Assembly (NCBI GenBank): GCA_002104905.1
Contig: MCFE01000009.1
Location: 62,001-126,000 of the forward strand
Direction of reading: 5' to 3'
From: Basidiobolus meristosporus CBS 931.73
Taxonomy: Eukaryota; Fungi; Basidiobolomycota
DNA: 64,000 nucleotides
Shown: positions 33,921 to 46,400 of the stretch, in pieces
Numbering within the stretch: position 1 is the stretch's first letter
How the letters are laid out: the number at the start of each line of letters is the position of its first letter
Made by a program: the position numbers and the translations under genes
Notes under the pieces: model-generated
What the model was told of the DNA's origin: nothing
What the model saw: only the letters and a program-made list of their open reading frames with translations
Databases searched by the model: none

Positions 33921-35258
33921 AACAACACGGTTGCTGATGCCTTATCAAGATTAGATCAAGTTGCACAACTCAACTTGGTGCATGAATCAGATTGGCCTAG
34001 CCTATTACCAAAGTACTTGGAGGACCAAGCCATTCCTAATGAGGTGGATGAAGATATCAAGAAGATAATCCGTGTTGAGGCCAGCAAATTTGTTGTACAG
34101 AATGAAACACTCTACCGAATTGTTGATGGAAGCCCTATTGCCTATTGTCCTTATGTTGCTCGCCTGGACTTAATACATAAGCTACACAATGGATATGGAC
34201 ATCTTGGGATTGAAGGAACCTATAGCCTTGTAAAAGCCAGAGCATGGTGGCCCAGAATGAAACAAGACATTGAGAAGCTAGTAAAAACATGCCCAAACTG
34301 CCAAATCAATCAAGGCCAGCCACAAAGAATTGCCGAACTCTTCCCTTTGGAGCCTGTAAGACCATTTGAGAGATGGGGAATTGACTTTATTGGAAGACTG
34401 CCAACTACCAGGAAATGCAACCGTTGGATCCTAGTAGCAATTGACCATGCCACTAAATGGCCAGTTGCTAAAGCTGTACCAATAGCCAGTGAACAAGAAG
34501 TTGCAAGTTTCATTTACCATGAGATCCTGATGAAGTTTGGATGCCCTGTGGAGATCTTATCCGATAGAGGTGCAAACTTTATGGCAAAGACATTAGAGGC
34601 TTACCTGGAAATGCAGCAGATCAGACACTTGAAAACCTCGGCATATCACCCCAGAACTAATGGAGTCACTGAGCGGTTTAATGGATTATTTGGAAAAATG
34701 CTGACCAAGTATGCAAATGGAGTTGTCAGTAGATGGGATGAGTATATAGACCAAGCACTCTTTGCATGCAGAGTCAGAGTACACAACACCACCCAGCAAT
34801 CACCATTTTACTTAGTTTATGGATGTGAACCAAGGATTCCAGGAGATCTCACACAACCAAAGCTTACAGACACCTTAGAAGATGAACTCAGTCAGCCAAG
34901 TAGACACCAGCAACTGGAACAAAGACGTCAAGAGGCACAGACCAAAGTATCTCAAAGTGCAGAAAAGATGAAGCAGAGATTTGATAAGACTATAGCACCA
35001 GAAGCATTGACAGTTGGAAACTTTGTATTGCTAAGAAACAACACTCGGAAGAAGTTTGAGCCACAATGGACAGGACCATTCAAGATCATCAGAGAATGTC
35101 CATTTGCAACTTACCAACTGGTGGACAAACAAGGCAATATCCGGGAAGACTTAGTGCATAGGGACAGACTCAAGCTTGCAAGACTTGCTGATAATACTGA
35201 ACCATCAAGATATTGGTATCACAAGAAAAGAGATTCAGGAGAACCCTCTCAACTTTAG
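33921..35258 (+). CDS. Gypsy-2 integrase, same frame, downstream of the premature TAA
   Basis: NNTVADALSR linker, HNGYGH..CPNC, GIDF, SDRG, ERFN, WTGPF motifs; no chromodomain. Confidence 0.9.
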   Translation, partial: NNTVADALSRLDQVAQLNLVHESDWPSLLPKYLEDQAIPNEVDEDIKKIIRVEASKFVVQNETLYRIVDGSPIAYCPYVARLDLIHKLHNGYGHLGIEGTYSLVKARAWWPRMKQDIEKLVKTCPNCQINQGQPQRIAELFPLEPVRPFERWGIDFIGRLPTTRKCNRWILVAIDHATKWPVAKAVPIASEQEVASFIYHEILMKFGCPVEILSDRGANFMAKTLEAYLEMQQIRHLKTSAYHPRTNGVTERFNGLFGKMLTKYANGVVSRWDEYIDQALFACRVRVHNTTQQSPFYLVYGCEPRIPGDLTQPKLTDTLEDELSQPSRHQQLEQRRQEAQTKVSQSAEKMKQRFDKTIAPEALTVGNFVLLRNNTRKKFEPQWTGPFKIIRECPFATYQLVDKQGNIREDLVHRDRLKLARLADNTEPSRYWYHKKRDSGEPSQL

Positions 35259-35922
35259 TAGGGGAGAATGTTATGATCTGCCGCTTGAATGTTTAAGTTA
35301 GATCAGTTTTTAGTCAAATCAGTTAGTATATGTTTAGGTTATCAGTACATCAGTATTATCTATGAAATCAGTAGCATTAGTCAGCAAATGAATCAGCAGA
35401 TCCTTATCAGACAGAAATAGATATATTAAGTAGGATCTTATTGGGTGATGATGATGCAATCAAATGAGTCATCAGCCACAACCTACATTAGGAAATACAA
35501 TTAGTCAGCAATTGATCTGGCAAAATGTATATAAGGAGCTGCTGGAACCTCAATAAAAATCAGTTCAAGTTTTAGTGAATACAATACTAGCTAAACTCCC
35601 TATTCCTCTACAACTCTTATACCAAGACTTGTAACAATTATTATGGTTCCAGCAGCTCCTGATATACTTTTGCCTGATCAATTGGTGTCTAGTTGTATTC
35701 CCTAATGTGAGTTGTAGCTGATGCTCTTTTGATTGCATCATCATTATTCAACTTGATCTTACTTAATATATCTATTACTGTCTGACAAGGATCTGCTGAT
35801 TCATATGCTGATATTCTGAGAGACTAAACATAAAGCATATTGAATTGACTAAAAGCTGATCTAACTTGGATATTTGAGCACTAGATCATGACAATAAGAA
35901 GCATAAATATGTGACTGTCTAT

Positions 35923-36290
35923 TGTTACAAGTCTTGATATAATAGCTATTTGGAAATGCAAAGTTTAGTAAGTATTTTATTTACTAAAGTTTGAACTGAT
36001 TCTTACTGTGGTTCCAGTAGCTTCTTATATACATCTTGCCAGATAAATTGAAGACTGATTGTATTTCCTAATATAGCTTGTGGCTGATGACTCATCTAAT
36101 GGCATCATCATCACCCAATTAGCTCTTACTTGATATACCTATTTCTCTCTGGTCAAGATCTGCTGATTAGCTGCTAACTATAACTACCAATTTCATTGAT
36201 GATACTTAGATACTGATTGACTTAACATAAAGTCAACTGGTTTGACTAAAAGTTGGTCTAACTGCAACATTCAAGCAGCCTGTAATGACA
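35923..36290 (-). mobile_element. Old diverged Gypsy-2-family LTR
   Basis: tgttacaagtcttg..aatgaca, about 368 bp, homologous to the reverse complement of 30699-31066; no TSD seen. Confidence 0.8.
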
Positions 36291-36684
36291 AGTTAAACCT
36301 AACAGCAAATTACATTTGTTTTACCTGAATATACATTATTATGGATATATTTGACTTTGACTATTTTGTCACCCAGTATCAAATTAAGAGGAAACAAACT
36401 TGAAAATTATAATAATTTTGCTGGTGGCAGTTGCATAAAAAACTTCATTGGTGGCACAAGCTGAGATAATGAAGAGCAAACTCTTGAAAATTTCCTATTA
36501 AGTGGGTTTTGCAAAGGTAAGTCTACAACAAGTCTTTTAGAAAAGCATCACACATTATTAGGTAGCCAAAAAGATTTTGCAAATAAGCTACACACAGTAT
36601 TGATCATAAATAAATGCACCCCAGATTTCACCAAAAACTTGGTCAAAATCTCTTAACACAACAATGCAACAGTGGCTTTAGATT

Positions 36685-37416
36685 GGACTTGTTGTGTTGG
36701 GTAGTGCCACATTGAGCCATGAGTGCCAAATGATGCCATAGTGTGCCAGAGAGGCCAAGGGAGCCTATATTTGGCCACAGAGTGTGAAACATAGATCTGC
36801 ATATTCATGCAAAGCAGCCCCTGTGTTTCACCTATGATGCAGGAGAAAATCCATTTTTTGATGTTTTTTTGTGGATCAATGTTATGCAGGATGTGTAAGT
36901 GCTTAAAAGAGCTGAAGACATGCATCAGGTACTCAATACCCATGGCACTCTGAATCTAGCTCCTGTGGCTTGTTACATGTCACAAAAATTCATGGCACTA
37001 TCTTGGTCCACTGGTACTATCTGGCACTATAAATGCTTTATATAGATCTTACTTTAGGGCTAATAATTAAATATAGTGCCAGATAGTACCAGTGGACCAA
37101 GATAGTGCCATGCATTTTTGTGACATGTTACAAGCCACAGGAGCTAAATTTGGAGTGCCATGGGTATTGAGTACCAAATCCATATTTTCAACCCTTTGGT
37201 GCTCTTACACATCCTGCACAACATTGACCAAAAAAAAGGTCAAAAAATGGATTTTCTCCAACAGAATTGGTGAAACACAAGGGCTGCTTTGCATGAAGAT
37301 GCAGATCTATGTTTCACACCATGTGGCCAAGTACAGGTTCACTTAGCCTCCCTGGCACACTATGGCATCATTTGGCACTCATGGCTCAATGTGGCACTAT
37401 CCAACGGAACAAGTCT
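36685..37416. mobile_element. Non-autonomous foldback DNA element (732 bp: two arms of about 346 bp, 40-bp spacer)
   Basis: 36991-37031 is the exact reverse complement of 37072-37112 and homology extends to both ends. Termini (A/G)GACTTG..CAAGTCT; TSD ATT/ATT; host ORF-U 3' region rejoins. Confidence 0.9.
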
Positions 37417-37419
37417 ATT

Positions 37420-38400
37420 GGTTCACTGCCAGTTTTCTCACTTTCTGATCCTGGACATTCTATCATCTCCTACCATTGCATGCATTGAATGGCTATTGCC
37501 TCTTTTCTTCTTCCTTACTTCCTGACTCAACCATTTCTCTTACTTCTCATGCATACAAATATATTTATTTCCATTGAGACATCAGTTATACTTTATTTAC
37601 AATTGCTTTGAACTATACAAGACCCTATACCCTACACAAACACTAAGCCCAGCCCCACACTCAACAAGTATATCCAGTAATATTCTCCACTCAATTGGTA
37701 CTGCTGCTGTAATGCTCTGTTTCCACAACTTTAGCAGAAACCCTATGGCTTTATGCGTTCATTCAATAGCTCACATATGTTCTTGTCTTTAGCCAGCACT
37801 ACAAGGTCTAGTAACTCATCTGCCGGTCTTTGCAATAAATCCTTGCAATACTCCTGTTCATTTTCTTGAGCACTGCTCATGAAGAAATGCTGCCACCACT
37901 TATTGTGAGTACTAATATTCTAAAAGTCCACTGACAGCATTGTGGTAACCTTCAGAGTTCTTGACATTGTTTCTTTGTCTGTAAGTGGGATCTCTACTCT
38001 GTCAACAAAGGAGGGCATGGAGGCAGTGGTAGACAAATTGCCTTTCTCTGTATACTCAACTACCTTACTGGAGTTCAACTCAACTGTCTGTGCATCCAAC
38101 AATTGTGTAAACAGCTCTTTTCTTGTTAGTAGGTATTCTTGGCAATGATGAGAATCAGTCTGCCCTGGGCTAATGGCATTAACTGGCAAGAACTTCAGCT
38201 TTTCTCATAATCTTCCTTGTCTCTGGCCTGGGTACACTATTTCGCCTTTGACTTTTCCTTTATTAATGCTAGATCTTTCACTGCTAATTGGTCTGGGTGC
38301 TTCTTGTACTGAGCGATATTTTCTCCTTAATAAATGCTGCTCTGATGCTTCTGTTTGAGCCTGTTTGTCTCTTACTGGCACTCTGCAGATAACCCAAAGC
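37420..38400 (-). pseudogene. ORF-U 3' relic
   Basis: MPVNAISPGQTDSHHCQEYLLTRKELF and AIGFLLKLWKQSITAAVPIEW match the peptides at 21640-22140. Confidence 0.65.
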
Positions 38401-38406
38401 TTCTTC

Positions 38407-41400
38407 AATTACAATTTAAGAAGTGATATGGATACAAGGAACTTATCCAGAAATAGTGATAATAGTTGAACAGTTGCTTATTCATAAGGAGAAGCAGTGT
38501 TTGTACCTTTGTAGAAGCAATACAGGTGTAACACCAATAAGGAGGGTTTCTTGACAATCAGGAGCATTGGGTAACAGTTTCAGGGCTAGTACATAATGGT
38601 TGATTAAAAGTGTTAACTTGATCATCACTATAGGGGAATAATCATAAGATCACATATGTGAAGAAACTCTCAAAGTTGGGGCTGCATATTAGTCCTACAG
38701 TCAACACAACTAGCTTAGAGTTGTTAAATAAACTTTTATCTGCTGAATGATATCATATAGTCAAATATTTCAATAGATAAAAGGATCTTATCAAGATATA
38801 GTGACAATAGTTGAACAACACCCCCCCCTCAACTAAATAATTTCTTATTCCTAATTCCTTTCTGAGATTCTCAAATTGTGGTCTAGCCAGTAGTTTTGTC
38901 ATTATATCTGTCACTATTTTGTCAGCTGGACAGTGAACTAAAGCTTCTAAGTAATTTCTACAGCTTCCCTCACAGAGTGGTGTTGTATATCTATGTGCTT
39001 AGTTCTGGCATGATTAATAGAACTACTGCTAATGAAAAACAATACTGATTATCTCTGTAAATACATGCTGGTTTATCTGAGTCAAAGCCTGAGTCTTGGA
39101 ACAATTTCCATTGCCATATAGCCTCCATACTTGCTTGGAAAGCATCCATATATTCAGCTTCAGTTGTAGATAGGGCCACAGTTGGTTGTTTGTTGCAATT
39201 CCAAGTAATAGCTGCACCAGCATAAAGAAATACATACCCATTGGTAAAGTATCTGTCAGTTAGTTCTCTACCCAATCTACTTCACTATAACCATCATATT
39301 TTTGCCTTTTAGCTGCTCCAGAGTATTCTAGTACCATTCTTATGGTACCTTGTAGATTTCTAAAAATCTGCTTAACTGCTAAAACTTGATCTGATCCATA
39401 ATTCTGCATGTATTGAATGACTTTTCCAACTGCCACTGCAATATCAGGACTTGTAGACACAATGAAGTACATCAGGCTACCAACTACTGATTGATAGGGA
39501 AAGTTTTGGCTCATAATTGAGCTGCTTTTACCTAAAACTGGCTGAGATTTGCTCAATTGTAGATTATTTTCCATGGGGGTAGCTGCAGGCTTGCAATTTT
39601 CCATTTTGAAGCATCTAACAATGTCACTGATGTACTAAGACTGATTCAGCACAACGTTTTGTGTAAGTATGTCAAAATTCACTTCAATTCCAAGAAAATA
39701 GCTCAATTTTCCAAGATCTTTCATCTCAAACTTGCTTGAGAGACCTGATATTGTCTGTTTAAGTGCCTTCTGGTCACTTGTAGCTAATATTAGGTTGTCC
39801 ACATAAAGAACTAGAATGATCACGCCCTTTTTGAGCTCATTCACATATTTATTGTGATCTGCGGTGCTACAAATGAACCCAATCTCCACTAAATTTGTGT
39901 CAATCATGTTAAACAATATTTTAGGTGCCTGTGTAAGCCCAGATAGCAGTTACCTGAGTCTGCACACCTTATGGGGGCCTTTTGAATAGGTAAAGCCTTG
40001 TCATTGCTCTGTATACATTGTTTCTTGCAAATCCCCATTTATAAAGGCTGTTCTGATGTCCACTTGGTGTGGATCTAGACTGTGTACAGCTGCTAGGGCA
40101 AGAACTGTCCTAATGGAGTAAAACTTGGCAACCAGAGCAAATGTTTCCTTCAAGTCTAGTCCCTGGATCTGGGAATAGCCTTTAGCCACCAGTCTAGCCT
40201 TGTATTATTGACGGTATCACTGGAGGTTATCTTGATCTTGTAGACCCATCTACATCCTACTAGCTTTTTCCCATTTGGTAAATTTATAAGTTCCCAAGTT
40301 TCTGCTGTGATCAGTGATTGGTACCCCTCCTGCATGGCTTGTTGCCACATGGTAGCATCTTGACTTTGCATTGCCTGTTCCTGATTCTGAGGTTTGGCAC
40401 AAAAGGCAAGATAAGCTTCTTCATAATAATTGGATGGCTGCCACCAGGATCCAGGGGCATTTCTTATTCTGGTAGATCTCCTAACTGTGAAAATCTGCTC
40501 TGGTCTGGAGCTGGTAAAATTATCTTATCTATCTGACTAAATTTGGTATAAATCTTTTTCATTAGTGTTGATTGCATCATCAGGCAGCTGATCAATGATT
40601 TTTGCGGTTTTCTGGTCTGAATTCTCCTCAAATGCGACATCCCTGCTCTTGATTAGCTTCTGAACTCCGCCATCATACACTCTATACCCATTAGTTTTGT
40701 CACAATTTCCAAGAAATATCCCTTTTCTACTCTTTGGCTCCAGCTTTGAGCAGTTTTTTTTTGACTATGATAAATGACACCATTGCCAAAGATCCTGAGG
40801 TGCTGAAGGTCTGCTTTTTGCCTGTATGTGCTTCAAAGGGTGTAAAGTCATGTAGTGCTGTTGTTGTTGATGTCTCCTGATCTCCTGAAATGTTACCTAG
40901 CTTGTTTGCCATGTGAAAATCCCTTACAGACACTGAATTTGATTAGAGTTGAGTAATTTAGGACTAAAACAAGCTGATTTTTCCCCAATTGGCTCACTTT
41001 CTGTCCCCCAATGTGTCCTAGCCTCCTATGTCATGTCCCCCAGTTGGTTTCATCAGTTTCAGCAATGTTGGCATACTCAGGTACAATGATCTTGCATTGC
41101 AACTTGTATACACTGTGATCTCTGATTCCCAGAGCTAATTTTTGTCCATTTTAACTCAATATTGAGCAGTACAGCTTAGTAAGAATAAATGTCAGTCCCA
41201 GAGCAGTTGCTCTACTGACTTAAAGTAGGTTCTTAGCTATTCCAGGTATGTAGAGTATGTCAGTCAGTTTTGCTGCAGTAGCTCCTGAGATATCACCCAA
41301 ATGTAGTTGTATAGACCCAATAGCTGTAGCTTCCAGTTCAGAGTTGTCACTCGGATAAACCTTTTGTACAGAAATAGTCTTTGAGTTGCTGAACCACTCT

Positions 41401-42898
41401 ATTATACCACCAATATGCTGTGATGCTCCAGAGTCAATATACCATTCACTACTTTGGTTACTTGTACTCTGTTGTACAGTTACAAATAACTGTTCATCAG
41501 TAGTTATATGGTTTGCCTGCTCCAGTTTCTGTTTTTTGTCTGCTTGTTTCTTCTTGCATTTTCTTGCCCAGTGCCATGGCTCCTTACAGTAGGTACAGCA
41601 ACCAGGTTTTGTTTGGTTTTGTTGCTTTCCCTTCTTTTCTGTGTGCCTTTCTGAGTTGTATAGAGCATTGTCTTCAGTTTTCACTGCTTGATTATTACAT
41701 CTGAGTTCTTCATGGAGAAGTCTTCCTTTGAAATAGTCTAAAGTCAAATTGTTGTCTGTGCTCTCAATAGAAAGTATGAGTGGCTCATACTTGTCTGGTA
41801 GCCTGCAAAGCAGACAGACCATCTTTTCTTCATCATTTACACCAGCATTAATACTGTAATGCTCTATGCAAGTGTCTCCATTCTGGTAATGAGTTGTAGC
41901 ATGTCATCATCTAGCTTCTTTCTCATGTTGAAGAGCTTTTGTTTTAAATTAAGCTTACTTGATACTGACTTTGCTTCAAAGATCTTCTCTAAGGATTCCC
42001 ATGCTGCTTTAGCATTAATTGAAGCATGGATTTGTCCAATGAAGGAATCTTACACATTAATACACATAGCATAAAAGGCCTTTCATTCCTTCTGTTGAAG
42101 CTTTGCCACTTCATCTGCTGTTTCTTTGGGCTCAACTTCTTTCCTGTTACTGTATTTCAAAGCTTTCTTTCCTCCAGTTGGATCAGCATCTTTATTCTCC
42201 AAAGTCCGTAGTTCTTCCCATCAAACCTCTCCTTTACAGGGAAAATGTTTGTATTGTTCTGTTTGCTGGTAGAAGTTATCTTTAAAGTAGGTTAAGGCAA
42301 TCAAGGCCCATAGCTTGTTGCAACTTAAAAAGTGATTGTGATCCAAAGAACTTATCAAGACATAGTGATGATAGTTGAACTTTTGTTTATTCATAAAGAG
42401 GATCAGTGTTTACACCTTTATAGAAGCAATACAACTGTAACACTAAGTAAGGAGGGTTTTGTAACATTCAGGAGCTTTCTGTAACAGTTTCAGGGTGGTA
42501 TATAATGGTTGATAAAAAGTGTTATTCCAATCATCACTATAGGGAAATAGACTTGTTCCATTGTGCCATTGATCATAGCGCCAGAGAGTGCTGTATATTT
42601 TGTTATCAATTTGATATTTTGGGGTCATATGCATGTCAATTTTGATCCCAAATTGGCACTGTATGGCACCATCTGGCACTCTATGGCATGATCAGGCACC
42701 ATCTGGCATGCTATGCCACTATTGGGCACTATGATCAGCCGGAATGATGGAACAAGTCTAATAATTATAGGATCATAAATGTGAAGAAACTGACAAAGCT
42801 AGAGCCACAAACTAGTCCTACAGTGAACAAGACTAGTCTAGAATTGTTAAATAAATTTTTATCTGCTGAATGATGCCAAATAGTCCAATATTTCAACA
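38407..42898 (-). mobile_element. Decayed two-LTR Ty1/Copia family 2 element
   Basis: 3' LTR about 38407-38820 next to the PPT (cccccccctc at 38821); 5' LTR 42316-42898 containing a 211-bp MITE; reversed PBS ggcccatagc. Gag (RLPDKYEPL, CTYCKEPWHWARKC), protease YIDSGAS, RT MAKGYSQ / LYVDNL, RNase H VALSTTEAEY; many stops. Confidence 0.9.
42549..42759. mobile_element. 211-bp MITE of the AGACTTG family, inserted in a Copia-2 LTR
   Basis: Perfect 13-bp TIR agacttgttccat/atggaacaagtct; TSD AAT/AAT; arrayed TGGCAC motifs. Removing it plus one TSD restores the 369-bp LTR length. Confidence 0.9.
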
Positions 42899-43178
42899 GA
42901 TAAAATGATCTTATCAAGTTATAGTGACAATAGTTGAACTGTTGTTATTCATAAAGAACAACAGTATTCATACCTTTGTAGAAGTAATATAAATGTTACA
43001 CTCATTAGAGAGAGCTTCTCAACACCAAGGAGCTTTCTGTGACAGCTTCAGGGTTAGTAAATAATGCTTTGTAAAAGTGCCAATTTGATCATGGCTATAG
43101 GGGAATATTCATAGGATCATAGATCTGAAGAAAGTGGCAAAGTCAGGGCTGTAAGTTGGTTCTACAGTCACCAAGACT
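42899..43178 (-). repeat. Partial tandem second copy of the Copia-2 LTR
   Basis: Repeats LTR sequence from cttatcaag..gatagttgaac onward (compare 42350-42545 and 38440-38710). Confidence 0.7.
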
Positions 43179-43495
43179 AAAGCTGGCTGATATTAACTCA
43201 GTCTCAGCTTATTGTGCATGGGGATAGCTGCTGGCTTGCAATTTTCCGTCTTGAAGCATCTCAGAGTGTCCCTGATGTACCTGGACTGATTAAGCACAAT
43301 TTTACACATTGGTATGTCAAATTTGACTACAATTCCAAGAAAATAGCTCTGTTTTCCAAGATCTTTCATCTGAAACTTGCTGAAGAGATCTGATTTTGTG
43401 TGTTTAAGTGCCTCCTGGTCACTTGTAGCTATTATTAGGTCATTCACTTAAAGAACTTAGATCATGACACCCTTATTGGGCTGTTTTGGATATAT

Positions 43496-46400
43496 TGTTA
43501 TGATCTACCGCTTGAATGTTGAAGTTGGATCAGTTTTAGTCAAATCAATTAGCATATGTTTAGGTTATCAGTATATCAGTGTTATCGATGAAATCAGTAG
43601 CATTAGTCAGCAAATGAATCAGCAGATCCTTATCAGACAGAAATAGATATACTGAGTAAGATCTTATTGGGTGATGATGATGCTATCAAATGAGTCATCA
43701 GCCACAACCTACACTAGGAAATAAAATTAGTCAGCAATTGATCTGGCAAAATGTATATAAGGAGCTGTTGGAACCTCAATAAAAATCAGTTCAAGTTTTG
43801 GTGAATACAATACTAGCTAAACTCCCTATTCCTCTACAACTCTTATACCAAGACTTGTAACATTGGTAGCAGCAATAACCAGAAACATCTCTCCTGAAGA
43901 AAGAAGAAACCACCCTCAAGATGTTGGACAATCAAGAATGGAAGAATGCCATGCAGCAAATCCTGGCCCAACAGCAAATCCTGGCCCAACAGCAACAGTT
44001 ACTCCAGATCCTCAGCCAACAGCAACAAGGAATGACTACCATGGCTCAGAGCCAGCAAAGCCCTGTCAAGAGCAACGCTGGTGTGAAGGTCAACTGGTAC
44101 AATGGCAGAGTCAATGAAAACCTGGGAACTTGGCTCTTTCAGATTGAAGAACCTTTTAAAGCTAATGGAATTGCTCCAGAGAGCAAGTTGTATTATGCAG
44201 CTTCTTACCTGGCAGATGCAGCCTTACAGTGGTACCACAACAAAATCAGGTCAGCCACTATGATGGGATGCTCTACAATCTCTACCTGGGATGAGTTTGT
44301 GTCGGAAATTCAGAATGCTTTTGAACCTCCACACCAGCAGACACTACTAAGAAGGAAGTTAAAGACACTCAGACAGAAAGGAATGGTTCAAGAATACATC
44401 TATGAGTACAGATGTCTACTTGGACAAATTGAAAGAATGGACCCCTTGGATCAAGTTGAATACTTTATTGATGGGTTGAAAGAACGAACTTGCAAGGAAG
44501 TGAATTACTGAAGACCTCAGACTATTGAAGAAGCCATCAAGATTGCCATTGACTATGACTCAGCTATGTTTGGAGTTGGGAAGCCTACAGTGACTAATCA
44601 GAAAGGCTACAATCATTATGAAAGAAGACAGTCAGAAGCAGTATCAATGGAAATAGACGCTATGCAGAAGAATCCTACCTCAGAAGAATGTAAGAAGAAA
44701 GGACTTTGCTTCAATTGCCACCAGCAGGGACATATTGCAAAGTACTGCCCTCAGAGAAGAAATGGACACTAGCCAACAAGAACCTTTAGCCATATTGAGT
44801 CCTATGAACTCAGTAATGCATAAGATAAGCTTGAAGAAGACTCAGAACTCACCTTCCACATGACACAAGAATACCTTTCCCAGATGACCTCAAACTCAGG
44901 AAAGCTATTATACTTGAATGGAGTAATCAATGGAGTACCTGCCAAGATCATGATTGACTCAGGAGCATCACATGAATACATGTCAGAACAATTTGCCCTG
45001 AAAGCTGGGATCAACTTAGAACCTACCAAATCAACTTCAGTCTGCACAGCTGATGGGAACTCTCACATAATCAACAGTATTACCCAGCCAGTAAGAATGA
45101 ACATCAATGACTATAAAGAAGAACTACAGGCTTTTATATTTGGGAACTGCAAGTTTGCCCTTGTACTTGGAAAAACCTGGCTATTTTGTTGTAATCCATC
45201 AATCAACTGGAGAACCCATGCTACTCAGATCCAAAAAGACAACAAGACCTATGAGCTACTACCTGCCAGGCTGGATTTCAACTTGGTCAATTCTAGTGTG
45301 TGTGAGACAAGTGAACTTAGCAAGACCCAGTTCTGTAGAGCACTTAGAAAAGGTACTCAGATGTTCCTCATGGTGGTTTTACAGGAGGATTCCTCTACCC
45401 CAGCACCCCAGCAGGTCCAGACTCTCTTGAAGAAATATTCAGATGTGTTTCCAGATGAGCTTGTAAGCCTACCACCAGTCAGAGATGTGGATCATGCCAT
45501 TGACACAGGAGATAGCCCCCCAGTGAGCAAGACACCTTACAGAATGAGTCCATAGGAATTGGAGGAAATGAAGAGACAAATTGATCAGCTATTGGAGCAA
45601 GGATACATCAGGTGCAGCAAGTCACCCTGGGGAGCACAAGTGCTTTTTGTCAAAAAGAAGGATGGAACACTTAGAATGTGCATTGACTACAGAGCCCTGA
45701 ACTCAGTTACCATCAAGAGTAAATACCCCATACCTCAGATTGATGAGCTTTTGGACCAACTTAATGGAGCCACTATTTTCAGCAAGATTGACCTCATGTC
45801 AGGATACAACCAAATTAGGGTGAAACCAGAAGATATTCCTAAGACAGCATTTAGGACTAGATATAGACATTACAAGTACTTAGTCATGAGTTTTGGCCTC
45901 ACTAATGCCCCTGCAACATTCATGACGCTGATGCAGACTGTCTTTCAGGAGTACTTAGACAAGTTTGTGATAATCTACCTGGATGACATATTGATATACA
46001 GCAAGACAGAAGAGGATCATGTAGTGCACATTGAAAAGGTCTTGGAGAAACTAAGAGAGAACAAGCTATATGGCAAGCTAGCCAAGTGTGGACTCTTCAA
46101 GGAGCACGTTGAATACCTGGGACACATAGTGACTAGCACAGGAGTGACCTTAGACCCTAAAAAGGTTGAAGTTATGAAGAATTTGAAGCAGCCCAATAGC
46201 ATATCAGAACTCAGATCCTTCCTTGGAATGGTTTCCTATTATCAGAGATTTGTCAGGTCTTTTGCAAGTATTGCAGCCCCTTTAACTGATATCCTCAAGC
46301 AAGACAATGCCTACAAGTGGAACATAGCTTGTGAGACTGCCTTCCAGACACTCAAGAATGAACTTGCTAAGCTGCCAAGCTTAAGAATACCAGACTTCAG

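Larger units (their letters stand above)
30699..35636 (+). mobile_element. Full-length Ty3/Gypsy family 2, young copy (368-bp LTRs)
   Basis: LTRs 30699-31066 and 35269-35636 appear identical. PBS tggtagcagcg (31068-31078, initiator-Met type); PPT agtaggggagaa. Only ATT is duplicated at the flanks. Confidence 0.97.
29762..35893 (-). mobile_element. Old Gypsy-2-related relic (5' LTR 30617-30698 + 35637-35893, PBS, deleted gag-protease-RT), split by the young Gypsy-2 element
   Basis: ctgctaccaa (30607-30616) is the reversed PBS; the LTR halves rejoin; minus-strand protease and RT fragments are homologous to 32000-32900. Confidence 0.75.

Noticed and set aside
42655-42735. TGGCAC repeats as CRISPR or satellite
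   Set aside because: They are subterminal motifs inside a TIR- and TSD-bounded MITE.
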